Assembly: GCA_038087875.1 (NCBI GenBank)
Contig: CM075977.1
Coordinates: forward strand, 186,868,001 to 186,932,000
Direction: 5' to 3'
Length of the DNA stretch: 64,000 nt
Source of the DNA: Malacoraja senta
Taxonomy: Eukaryota
In this document: piece by piece, positions 39,231 through 51,779 of the stretch
Layout: each line of letters starts with the position of its first letter
Position numbering within the stretch: the first letter of the stretch is position 1
Program-made: the position numbers and the translations under genes
The notes under the pieces: model-generated
Database searches by the model: none
What the model saw: the letters and a program-made list of their open reading frames with translations, nothing else
What the model was told of the DNA's origin: nothing

Positions 39231-39911
39231 CTGTAAAAGAAAGGAAGGAAAATAACAACAAATGTGCACAGGTAATGACAACCATCCATTAGAGAGTGTC
39301 CAGCCTGTCGTTAACTTTAAGCATGCATTACAGTTCAGCACAAGATCACAAGAAAAACACTGGGACACAGGCCATCAGTCCAGTGATCTGTTCGCCTTTG
39401 GCACCATGACTTTCTCTCATACTTTATTAATTGTGTTCGGGATTTTTCTAAGTTCCTCCCTGGTATTTGAAATTAAACCATCTTTAACCTTAGTGTCCTC
39501 AATGATGAAGACTGGCACAAAAGATTGATTTAACATATCTGCCCTTTCTTTGTTTACTGTTATTAATTCACCAGCCTTGTTCCTTCGAGGTCTCACTTAC
39601 CTTAGTTGCCACCTTCCTGTTTACATATTCACAGAAACTCTCTCTTGATTAGCTTCCTTTCTGAATATTGATTCCCTCACCACTGGTGCATTGAAAATCC
39701 TCAAACCAGCAGTTCTTCATCGACCATGAATGTTGTAATTAGTCTGATGGGAATATTCAATCGTATAGTAGGGAGAATATCTCTCATCTTCTTTAAAACA
39801 GCTCTGTGGTATCTCTGATGCCTTGTCCAAAGACAGGCTCCTCTGACATTGCAGTTCTTCCTTGGTGATGTCCATCTATGTCATCTTCAATTTGGTACCT
39901 AAGAGTCTAGT

Positions 39912-40226
39912 GTTTAGTTTAGAGTTATAGCGTAGAAACAGGCCCTTTGGCACAGCGAGGTTACGCCGACCAGTGATCTCTGCACACTAACACTATCCTA
40001 TACACACAAAGGACAACTTACAATTATGCCAAGCCAATTAGCCTACAAACCTGTACGTCTTTGACATGTGGGAGGAAACCGGAGCTCCCAGAGAAAACAC
40101 ACACAGGTCATGGGGAGAACGTACCAACTCCTTACAGACAAGCACCCATAGTCAGGATCGAACCTGGGATCCTGGGCTCTGGCACTGTGAGGCAGCAACT
40201 CTACCACTGCGCCAATGTGCCGCCCA
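39912..40226 (-). mobile_element. V-SINE (HE1-like; duplicate at ~58900-59213)
   Basis: Reverse complement of the family sequence. Confidence 0.8.
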
Positions 40227-41021
40227 TATTGAGCCTCTCTATCATGTAACAACACAAATGTCTTCAAAACAGGAAGTGAGGGAGGAACACAGCAGGTCGG
40301 GCAGCTTCCGTGGATGGAAATGGACAGACAATGTTTCAGGTTGGGACCTTTCTTCAGAGGTTTTGCCCCTTGTCCATCGCTCTGAAGAAGGGTCCCAGCC
40401 TGAATCCATTCCCTTCCACAGATGCTGCCTTACCCACTCAGTTCCTCCAGCACTTTGTGTTTTGCTCAAGATTCACACTGCCAAGGGTGGTGGTGGAGGC
40501 AGATACGATCGTGACATTTACGAGGCTTTTAGATATGGATATGTAGGAAATGGAGGAATCTACAGTGTGCAGGCAGATGAGATTAGTTGATCTTGGCATC
40601 ATGTTGGGCACAGACATTGTAGCCTGTGTTCCTGTGCTGTACTGTTCCATATTCGGCACTCTCTTGTGTCACTATCTATGTGACCCACTCGATGGAAGCA
40701 GAAGTTGCACTGCTGGGTCATCAATCAATTGATAAGAGGCAGCACCTGTCTTTGGGACAGTGCCTTAGATACCTGTCTCACCCTTGGCACCTTTACGTAT
40801 CGCTTAACCATCTTTAGCTCCTTCAGGCATGTCCTCATTCTTGATATATTGCGTTTTTCAGCAAGAAATAGCCATTGAAATAGAATTCCATTTCCACAGC
40901 TTTCCTCGTTGCTCGTTCTTTCCCCGGCCCCAGTGGAAAATATTACCAGAGATAAATAAGCCTAAAGTACGTAGACCAACAGGACTCCAAACCTTTATCA
41001 TAGAAAGTCCAGTTGCATCCC

Positions 41022-41225
41022 TGTGTAGGAAGGAACTGCAGATGCTGGTTTAAACCAGATAGACACAAAATGCTGGAGTAACTCAGTGCGACAGGCAGCA
41101 TCTCCGGAGAGAAGAAATGGTGACATTTCAGGTTGAGAGTCCTCTTCAGACTCCTTCTTCACCCATTCCTTCTCTCCAGAGATGCTGCCTGTTTTGCTGA
41201 GTTACTCCAGCATTTTGTGCCTCTC
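41022..41225. mobile_element. Inverted pair of Penelope terminal repeats
   Basis: Two arms in opposite orientation; similar pairs at ~40270-40455, ~43995-44180 and ~9860-10012. Confidence 0.75.
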
Positions 41226-41283
41226 ACTCTCCAATTGTATCCCTGTTTGATGTACAGGCAGAGTAATGGACTCAATCACTTAC

Positions 41284-41475
41284 TTTGGTTAACATTAGGA
41301 TATCCAAGTTGGAAAAAAAAGCTCTTTCCACTCTTCTTAGCTCCTCGTCAGACAGTGTGCAAATGAGAGATTGAGTGCGTGTGGCAGTAGAGGGATCTCC
41401 AATGATAACAAAGTCATCCAGCTTCGTGTCATTGCAAAGGTCTTTCAGCTGCAACCCTTGCCCAACTGTAATCAC
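41284..41475 (-). CDS. ABCA1-like: ABCA1-like exon 7 equivalent (copy 1)
   Basis: 192 bp; VITVGQGLQLKDLCNDTKLDD...ICTLSDEELRRVERAFFSNLDILMLTK. Confidence 0.88.
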
Positions 41476-42798
41476 CTGAAATGAATGACATAATACTTAA
41501 TGCTTTCTATGTCCGGAGTGCGCAGAAAGCTTATGTTTCATGATTTTACTATGGCACTACTATCACTGTGATAAGTGCTCCATGTAATAAAGTCAGTTGA
41601 CGTGAATGACAGTATACTGAACATGTTTAGGAATATAACAAATGGATAGAACTCTGAGCTTGATCCGCTCTTCAAATTGAATTGTGACTAGTCTTTAATT
41701 CCACCATATATATCCTAATATAATATTCCTTAACATCCTTGTATAACAAAAATGGATAATCTTCTGTAGCTTTGAAAATCAAATAGACAACCATTTAACT
41801 TAGTGCGTCCAAATCAAAATTAATTTCATCATAAACATCATTATCCAATCATTTAATCTTACACAATCTACCAACTCCAAACCTTTATCACTCGTGGCAA
41901 ATCTTGTTTGAGTTAAAATTAAAAACATAATGATTATATAGTGTCATTTGTTAGCTGCAAGGTTAACATGACCTCAAGTGGGCCGAATTGATACTATTTA
42001 TGTCATGGCAGAGTTTAACTGCTACCTTAGACTTGAAATTAGAATACAGCATGATAGTTAATTAAAAAGATGTCCAAATGACCCAAGGTAAACCTGCAAG
42101 TAGTCCAACCAAAGAATCATTCCTCATTCATTTCATGGACAGTACTTTACATGGCTTTTTCAGTCATGTAAATATTGAGTTGAATTAATCTACTTCCACA
42201 TTTCTCACTGGGTGGTTGCAAGTTAGAGTTTTAACAGCGTTTTTGCTATTTATTTCTGTCCAGTAATTATTTGTTGTATCTATCCCACATAACATGCACA
42301 TTGAATTACTGAATCAATGTCTGCTAGGTGAGCTCTTGCAAAATGATTGGCTTCATTGGTTTTAACCACCATTTGTAAAAGGTCCAATCCAAGGAGAATT
42401 TATTATTTCTGAAGGTGTGTTTGGCTCAGCAGGTAGCACTGTAACTCAAGACTGAAGGTCATGGGCCCATCATCTATCTCCCAGTGTGCAGTGTATTTGC
42501 ATGTAGATCTACAAAGAGATGCAGTCCTCCCCCAACCCCCCCACCCCACCCCCTAAAAAAAACTAACCGCTGGATGAACTCAGCAGGTCAGGCAGCATCA
42601 GTGAGGGAAATAGTATAAATGACGTTTCGAGTCAGGAACTATGCTGCTTGGCCCACTGAGTTCATCTTGAAGTTTGTTTTCTTTTTACGCAAGATTAGTG
42701 CAAATGCAAAGTGCTGCAAGCAGACACAATGTCTTATGATGGATTGTAGGCAGCTAAGAGTGGTTATTGTTGTTGGGATTATTATCATTTGTTTTTAC

Positions 42799-42920
42799 CT
42801 TTCCAAAATTTACATCAGCATCCAGGATGTTATCCACTGTAGAACGATCAAATGACATATTTTGGTACAGAAATTCCGATAGAGTCTCATTCTCGATTAA
42901 GAAATCCTGGAGCCTGAGAT
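42799..42920 (-). CDS. ABCA1-like: ABCA1-like exon 6 equivalent (copy 1)
   Basis: 122 bp; LRLQDFLIENETLSEFLYQNMSFDRSTVDNILDADVNFGK. Confidence 0.92.
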
Positions 42921-43039
42921 CTGCACAAATAATAACACACAATCAGTGATCAAATAATAAGAGCAGGGCCGATACCCCCCAACAAAATGAATCACTATTA
43001 CACTGAATGTAATACCATAGGTCCCATGGAAAATTAGAT

Positions 43040-43950
43040 CTATCAAATGGCATATCACATTTGCAATAAGAGAGATGAGTTGACAGCACGGATAGCAATA
43101 TATGAATATGATCCAATTGCTATAACAAAGACATGCTGAGGGGTGACTAAAGTATACTATCCAGTCGCATCACAGCTTGGTATGGCTACTGCTCTGCCCA
43201 AGATGGCAGGAAGTTGCGAACACAGCCCAGTCCATCACATAAACCAGACATCCCCCACCCCTTCACGCTGGCTCGGGAAAGCAGCCAACATAATCAAGGA
43301 ACACTCACGTCCCCGTCTTCCTCTCTCTCGTCAGGCAGAAGGTACAAAGGCTTGAAAGGCTTGAAAGGACATTCTTTCCCTCTGTTATCAGACTCTTGCG
43401 TGGAACTCTCAAGTGCTAAGGAGGAAAACTTCTTCTCCCTACTCACCTCACTGCGTCCCTTGCTCACTTAAACTAAACTAATAAGCCATACTGGGTGTTC
43501 AATATTACAGGTTATACAATGTTCCAAAAGAACAGAACAAAAGGGAGAGAAGGTAGAGTAACATTGTTAAACAAGGAAGGTATCAGAGTGGTGTTGAGTC
43601 ATGTTAAAGAGGCTAGTTATGTAAAACCATTATGGGGTGAAAATCAGGAAATGGCAGAGGAAAGACAACACAGATAAAAGTGATCTAGAGGACATAAATG
43701 TGACCTCTCAATAGGTTGGACCATTACTGGGGCATATTTGAAGGGAACTGTAATTGCCATGGGAAATGTTAATCTACATTTTGTTTGGACATATCATCTG
43801 GCAAGCATATCATTAAGAAATTAAATTTATCTTTGCTCAACATCTGCAGTTTTTTTGTGTTTCACTGGCAAGAGCATTGTTTAAGAAGAATATGTGGAGT
43901 GTGCCAGGGATTGCTTTTAGAACAGCATGTTACGGAACAAATCATCTAAA
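43040..43950 (+). mobile_element. Decayed CR1 endonuclease remnant with an inserted Rex/Babar 3' fragment
   Basis: NITGYTMFQKNRTKGREGRVTLL (APE-like) and SSGRRYKGL (Rex-like). Confidence 0.55.
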
Positions 43951-44874
43951 ATTTGTTGATGAGAAAAGCGGACACTCCCACAAGTGAAAATATCTCAGCA
44001 TCTGCCCTGGAGAAAAGGAATAGGGGATGTTTCAGGTTGTGACCCTTCTTCAGACTGAAGAATGGTTTCAACCCAAACGTCACCTATTCCTTCTCTCCAG
44101 AGATGCTGCCTGTCCCGCTGAGTTACTCCAGCATTTTGTGTCCATCCTCGGTGTAAACCAGCATCTGCAGTTCCTTCCTACCCTTTCAAGTCCCCTTAGG
44201 ATCTTATACAGCTTGTCAAGTTATGCATTGGGTCTCTCCTTTAGAGCACCCCAACAAGTAACCTTAACTCTAGGCTGTTGTTGCCAGCTGATGAGACCAA
44301 GCTTTAGCTTTGAATTCGGGGAATGGTTTGAAAAAAAACAACTTTGTAAACTTATCTTTACCCCTGCATTTTTGGACTTCACTTAATAATAACAATTATT
44401 AAGTATTTTAGAAGTGCAGTCGTGGTTGTGATGCAGGAAGCCAACTTGCATGCAGCAACAATGTGATGGTGATAGACCTTTCCTTCCAGTGCTGTGATGT
44501 CAGCTTTAAATAGTGACAGTGGCATTCACAATAATTCTCTTACAGCTTTTCAAAACAATGCCACGGATCTTTCACAACCCCTTGAGAGAACCGGTGGAAT
44601 CTCAGTTTAAAATAAGTAGTTGGCACATTCGGAAGAGCATTCCTAGCTTTTCTCCAATGTAACTGAATTTCTGGCAAGTGAAGAAAAAAACAACTTCTGA
44701 CATTATGCCAATTAAAGAATCGAGTGTATGATCTCTGCATACTTCGTTGGGGTTACTATAGTTTACACGGCGGCTGTGTTCATCGCTTAGACTCAAACAG
44801 AAACTCATTAATATTCATAGCAACAGATGGACCATGCGCAGGGGGATGCCAGTGACTTGTACAAGCATGTGAAA

Positions 44875-44890
44875 TGACCGATAGTAACCT
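44875..44890 (+). promoter_or_regulatory. LXR response element (DR4), TGACCGatagTAACCT
   Basis: 16/16 match to the human ABCA1 promoter DR4 (AGGTTActatCGGTCA), recalled from the literature. Confidence 0.75.
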
Positions 44891-45835
44891 CGCAGCCTGC
44901 ATTTCCTTCAAGAGCAGTTGCATGTTTTAACAGTAACTTCACAATCTGTGAAGTTGCAAAGGTGTCAAACCTCTGAAACAGGTTTAGCAGTTTAAGTCAA
45001 TAAGGTAGAAATTCAGCCTCAAGATACAGTATTTACACAACAGCATGCACCACTGTCAGACTGCTGTTGTTCGGCTTAAAAATAACTTGACTCAATATTG
45101 GGGAGAAAGGAAGGCCACCGAACTTGGCTCTATCCAACATACTGGGTAAATACAGAACAGAATCTGGTCGGCTGGATTCCAGCTGTATACTTTTTCCATG
45201 TATGATGATCCACAGCTTCAGATTACATCATAAGAAAATGACCATGCCAAGCATTTTGCAAAGTTACATGTCAGTAACGGCAAGCAAATAGGAATTGTGC
45301 ATGAGGGAGGAAGGGATGGAGGGGGGATCGGGATAGTGTGGCCAAGAATACAGGTGGGATGGGAGAGAGTAGGACATTCAGTACAGTATCAAAACATCTT
45401 CATGTTTTTCAACTGGCATTAACCACCCCAAACAGGAATGTGCAGTTGTTTCCGGCAGTTTGAAAGGGATTATTGTCACTCCTTACTGTAATAATTATTT
45501 GCTTTTGTATACAATTCTATCCATAACCAAATAGTCTATAACAGTTCAGTCAGGCAGCCCTATGTCATTGCCCTATCTCCCCTCTCAATAATTGATGCCT
45601 TAATGCTGCATCTTGTCTCCAGCAAGTTTCCCATTGGAGTGGAAGTAATCCACAAGGAGACCATTTCACTCCACAAGCAAAGTCATCCGAACCTCCGTCA
45701 ATAACAGCCACTTCCCATGTTTTGGGTACCATGTCTCAGTGAAGGCAGATGATGAAATTCACCAGTATGCCAACTGGATAGCTGATGAAAAAGTGTCTGG
45801 TGATCAAGATCTCCAAACTGACACTAGCCTCACAG

Positions 45836-46968
45836 CCATATAACCATATAACCATATAACCATAACAGCACGGAAACAGGCCATCTCGGCCCTTCAAGTC
45901 CGTGCCGAACATTTTTTTTAATTTTTTTTTTTTTTAATTAAAAATAAATACTTCCCCCTAGTCCCATCTACCTGCACTCAGACCATAACCCTCCATTCCT
46001 TTCCCGTCCATATACCCATCCAATCTATTTTTAAAGGATAACATCGAACCTGCCTCCACCACTTCCACTGGAAGCTCATTCCACACAGCTACCACTCTCT
46101 GAGTAAAGAAGTTCCCCCTAAACTTCTGTCCCTTAATTCTCAAGTCATGTCCCCTTGTTTGAATCTTCCCTACTCTCAATGGGAAAAGCTTATCCACGTC
46201 CACTCTGTCTAACCCGCTCATAATTTTAAAGACCTCTATCAAGTCCCCTCTTAACCTTCTGCGCTCCAAAGAATAAAGACCTAACTTGTTCAACCTTTCT
46301 CTGTAACTTAGTTGCTGAAACCCAGGCAACATTCTAGTAAATCTCCTCTGTACTCTCTCTATTTTGTTGACATCCTTCCTATAATTAAGCGACCAAAATT
46401 GTACTCCATACTCCAGAATTGGCCTCACCAATGCCTTGTACAATTTTAACATTACATCCCAACTTCTATATTCAATGCTCTGATTTATAAAGGCCAGCAC
46501 ACCAAAAGCTTTCTTTACCACCCTATCTACATGAGATTCCACCTTCAGGGAACTATGCACAGTTATTCCTAGATCCCTCTGTTCAACTGCATTCCTCAAT
46601 TCGCTACCATTTACCGTGTACGTCCTATTTTGATTTGTCCTGCCGAGATGTAGCACCTCACATTTGTCAGCATTAAACTCCATCTGCCATCTTTCAGCCC
46701 ACTCTTCCAAATGGCCTAAATCTCTCTGTAGACTTTGAAAATCTACTTCATTATCCACAACACCACCTATCTTAGTATCATCTGCATACTTACTAATCCA
46801 ATTTTCCACACCATCATCCAGGTCATTGATGTACATGACAAACAACAGTGGACCCAACACAGACCCCTGAGGCACCCCACTAGTCACCGGCCTCCAACCT
46901 GACAAACAGCCATCCACCATTACTCTCTGGCATCTCCCATTCAGCCACTGTTGAACCCATCTTGCTAC
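45836..46968 (-). mobile_element. CR1-clade LINE, 5'-truncated, young; open RT C-terminal ORF (45958-46920)
   Basis: SGVPQGSVLGPLLF..YINDL and YADD motifs, CR1 C-terminus LERRRLRGDLIEVFKIM, (TTATATGG)n 3' tail. Confidence 0.95.
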
Positions 46969-47049
46969 AAGCTACAGTGATCCTTGTCCTCATGTTCTGA
47001 GGCATGAATTACTTAAAGTGATCACCTTAAAGAGCAGAAGAAGAGCCAC

Positions 47050-47600
47050 CATTGTTATCCTGGGAAAACCCACGATATCCACTAGCAGGATAAGTGAATC
47101 CTCTCCGAGGTCAACGATCCAGCAGTGAGGTTCAAATTATGTTCAATCTGCTTCAATGGGCAGATATACTCACCACTAGACTCCCAAAACAAGCATTCTA
47201 TTTTGAGCTTCTTCACGGCAAGAGATTACCAGAAGGAAACTACAAGGATGTTCTCAAAGCCTCCTTGACAATGTGTAAATCCCCAATAACTCCTCGCCTA
47301 TGATTGAGCAAAATATAGAGGGAACCTTCAAGATAGCACTAAGATCCCACTGCTGGGAACACAAGGTAGTCAAGGAAAAATGGTGGAAGGATCATTGCAT
47401 AAGCTATCTAACCTGATATGCACTTGCTGCCCCTATTGTGGCAGAGTTTGTAGGTCACACATTAGCCTCAGCAGCCACCTCGCAACCCATGAAAATGGCA
47501 TATAAGTAAATTACCCTCAACCCTGAGAGATTCTTGGTCATAAGTAGAGAGCATCTTTAATGCCCAAGTCATTTCCAGGAAGCATGAAGATATAGGGGCC
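47050..47600 (+). mobile_element. Decayed RTE-clade (BovB-like) LINE 3' fragment
   Basis: RLPKQAFYFELLHGKR...YKDVLKASL resembles the RTE C-terminal motif. Confidence 0.65.
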
Positions 47601-47635
47601 AGTAGAGACCATGTGTCTTCTTGACATGACACCAA

Positions 47636-47925
47636 GGGTGGCACGGTGGCGCACCGGTAGAGTTGCTGCCTTACAGCGCCAGAGACCCGTGTTTGATCCT
47701 GACCACGCTGTCTATATGGAGTTTGTACATTCTCCCTTTGACCTGCGTGGGTTTTCTCCGGGAGCTCCTCCCACATTCCAAAGATGTACAGGTTTGCAGG
47801 TTAATTGGCTTGGTAAAATTGTAAATTGTCCCTAGTGTGTGTTGGATAGTGTAAGTGTGTGGGGATTGCTGGTCGGCGTGGACACGGTGGGCTGAAGGGC
47901 CTGTTTCCACGTTGTATCTCTAAAG
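47636..47925 (+). mobile_element. V-SINE (HE1-like)
   Basis: Matches the family sequence. Confidence 0.82.
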
Positions 47926-48288
47926 TTATAGGGACAGGTGCCCAAAATATTTTAAAAGAGTTTGGCTAATTGGAGTGTCTCAACTGAAAAAAGCGAGGCA
48001 TAGCAGTTTAAGGAATGAACAGCTTGATGTAATGAGGGAAGTGGGACTTCTGTTTAAAATATATTTGCATTAGTGTTCATAAATGTTTCATGGCATTGCA
48101 GTTCTGAAGATTCTATGTGGGAGGAAAGTGCATGTTGCTCGAACATAACAACTTCAGCCAGTCAGCGCTTCCTTTGTGCTGCTGCTCGAAGCAGTTTTTT
48201 GGCAGCGGTCCCAGTCTGGCAGCTCAGCTGATGATTGAAGGAGCAACACGCCTCATTCCCTGGAGCTGAGCAATGTGAACGAGAGAGG

Positions 48289-48304
48289 AGGTTACTATCG
48301 GTCA
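48289..48304 (-). promoter_or_regulatory. LXR response element (DR4), AGGTTActatCGGTCA
   Basis: Second, independent 16/16 match in the opposite orientation, with unrelated flanks. Confidence 0.75.
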
Positions 48305-51300
48305 TTGCTCTCCAGCCTACATTTGCCGCTATCAGATTACACCCAAGCTTAGTTCTCTGCCTGGGAGCGAGTCGAGATAGCCGATCATTTCAATTTGAAT
48401 TCAAGCAAATTTGATGGGAAAACAATTGTTCATTATATGAACAGCAGGAGACCTACAAGCCACTGAGCCTTCTTCAACTCTTCATTGCTTATGAGGCAGA
48501 ATCCTCGCAAATCATCATGCAAATCAAAACATGTTGGTGATCACAGGGAAACAGATTGCTAAAATGACATCTGTTTACAATCACAGCTTGCATGTTGTGC
48601 CTTTAATACGGTGAAGCATCCCACCCTGCTTCTCATTAGAGGTACTTGTCCATTCCTCCTGTTCTTACCAACCTTCACTTTGTCCGTAAGAAAAAACACA
48701 AAGTGCTGAAGTAAATCAGCGGACCAGGAGGCGGATCTGAAGAACATGGACAGACAACATTTCGGGTTTAGATGCTGACCGACCCACAGGGTGCTCCAAC
48801 ACTTTGAGTCCATTTTTGTAAAACCGCATCTGCAGTTCCTTCTATCTTCACTTTGTCCATACCTGGGATCCATCCCGGATTGTGATGGAATCTTCACCTT
48901 CCATGTTCTCATCCTCTAAGAGTCATAAAGCACGATACAGGCCCTTTGGCCCAACTCGTCCATGCTGATCAAGATGTCCTTTTAGACTCATTTGCCCACA
49001 ATTGGCCCATATTCCTCTAAACCTTTCCTATCCTTGTACCTGTACAAATGTCTTTTAAATGTTATTATCGTACCTGCCTCAATCACTTCCTCTGGCAGCT
49101 TGGGTTCTATATACATACACTCACTGTGTGAAACATTGCCTCTCGGGTTCCTATTTACTCACTCACATCAAATTTATATCCTTTAGGCTTTGGTTTCCTA
49201 ACCCGTGGGGAAAAAAAAGACTGTGTGCATTCACCCCTCTTCTAGTCCATGATAACATTTCTTCTTACAATTCATCAGGATCGAGAACGGCTTGTTTCAA
49301 CTTCTGCTTTATGGTTTCTGAGGTAGCTGATGAGGCCAATGATGTTTCCTGCAATGAGGGTGACACAGGCGGAGTGGGACATGGTTGATGGCATAGGTGG
49401 TTGGGAAGTTTTGGAGGTGGAACACACTCTTCAGCTGAATTTCTGTTTGCTTGTGGCAATAGGAACTGGAAATTCTCAGTGCTAAACCTGAACGATTCTT
49501 CTCCATTTTGAGCAGGCATGGGCCAAGACTTTCCACAGATTGGTAGGGACATTGCACTTTCTCAATGAAGACACATGTTGTTTTATCTCTCTTCTGGAAA
49601 TCTCCTGTCCTGGAGTAGCTCAGAATGAGAGTTTGGTGTTGCATGCATGCACTGAGACCTGTACAGTGGACTGATTGAATGCAATTGGGACCTTAGTGCT
49701 GAGGACATTGATTAGGAAAAGGATGGCAATATTGGTTATCTTATTCTTTTAGTGGATTTGGAAAAATTTACGCAGACAGCAGTTATCTCTCCAGTGCTTT
49801 ATGAATACACTGCTTATGAATGATAATCCCTTGTATTTAAGATAGACACAAGATGCTGGAGTAACTCAGCGGGATAGGCAGCATGTCTGGAGAGTAGGAA
49901 CGGGTGAAGTTTCAGGTCGAGACTCTTCTTCACACTTGTATTTACACAGATACAAGAGATTAAGCAAAACTTGCTTCCATTCCAGTTCTATGGATTCTGA
50001 GATGCCCAATGTGTGGTTTACAGTATATGCACTTTATGAATACATGCATGACCTTTAGAATGCAATCACAATTGTTGCTCTGGCTAAGCAATTTTCCATC
50101 AATTATCAGGAGAAGAAGCAGCTGGTTTAAGTTAGAAACAACCAGGTATTACAAGTTTTTTTTAAACTTTTACTAACACTACACCCACTCCATGAGATAT
50201 ATTGCACTCATCTAAATAAGAAGTCATCTTCCTCATATTCAAGTTATTCCATCTGGCTGCAAAAATGTTTGAGAAGGAGCAATGCACCAGGGAAAACACC
50301 TTGAAAATACTTCAAGCCCCTCTGCTGTTTGAAAGGACCAGCAGTACAGTGTCCTCCTGTACTGTGATCCTATCATTCACATGAAACACCAACAAACTGG
50401 CCATACTGACCTCAACATCAGCTGATAGCATGAACTCGTTGTTCCTGCATTTTGATAATAGTGCTAGTGTCAGCGTCTATCACAATCACCCTCCAATCTT
50501 TGTTCTACAAACATGACTCGTTTGCAGTGATGACACATTTGCACAGCCTTATGACAGATGACAAATTTCTTTCAGTTTTCAAACCATTAAAAGCTTCTTT
50601 TTTTAATGTTCCCAAATAAGATTCTCATAGGGCTACATCTCCCAGGAAACAAGCCCTACAGCTGATCATCCACACCAATTATCAACCACCCATCCACACT
50701 AATCCCATGTTATTCTCCTAATGTTCCCACCAACTCCCCACAGCTTCCACCACTCACCCACACACCAGGGACAATTTGCAGTGGCCAATTCACCTACCAA
50801 TCCACATATCTTTGCGATGTGGGAGGGCATTGGAGTACCAGAAGGAAACCCAAGTGCTCACAGGAAGAATGTGCAAATTTCACATGGACTGCTTCGGATG
50901 TCAGGACTGGGCCTTAACCACTGAGCTGTGAAGCAGTGGCTCTACTAGCTGCACCGTTATGTCTTTCACTTGCCGATCATTATTTCTCACGTGATCGTTC
51001 TAAAAATGGTGATTTCACTGAAATGTTAAAGGCCTAAATTTATTTCGGTTGAAGCAGAAATACATCTCTTGTTGCATGATTTAATAATATCGTGCAGCAA
51101 GTTAAAATTCCCTTCTGAGTTTGGGTTTTGACCACTACAGAACCACACTTCCGAAGCAGCATTCAATGTTTGTATGTTTTACCACAGCACTTCATCTCGT
51201 GTAAACAGCAGAGGAAGTAACTTTTTCCCATCTTGTCATATTCTGCAGTTTTCTAAGCTCGAGCTGAGAGAACACAGAAGAGCATGCTCCCCAAAACACA

Positions 51301-51779
51301 GGCACAAAAACTGCTGAACTACGCCACATGAATGGGCTCCTTACATATAACAGCAACCACACCAACCTGACCTGCATTGCAGAGGACTGTGAATAAAACA
51401 ACATGTATGGGAGATCAGCAAATCCAAAAGCATGTTACAACCAATTGAGTTTTAATCGTGCAAAATTAACACCACAGACCATTCAGCTCACACTTTTCTA
51501 CAGGCTCAGAAGGGCTGCCCCATCTAATCCCACATTCCAACTCTAAATCTAATGCACCGTAGGTCACAGCTCTTCAAATACACACTCAGACACTGTTTAA
51601 ATGCAATATCTCCACCTCCGTCACCCTTAAAGGCAGCAAATTCCAAACCTACAACACTCATTGTAGGAGAAAAAACAAATCCTCCTACCAGTTACTTTAA
51701 ATCTACGCCCTTGATATTTGACCACTGGTAAGAGAAGTAGTCAATCTATCTAGTCCCAGCTAATTCTATACATCTCAAT

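Noticed and set aside
51192-51440. FADLPYMLFYSQ resembling ABCA1 exon 5 (LFSDARRLLLYSQ)
   Set aside because: There is an in-frame stop just upstream, no AG acceptor, and no downstream similarity. I could not find exon 5 in the window.
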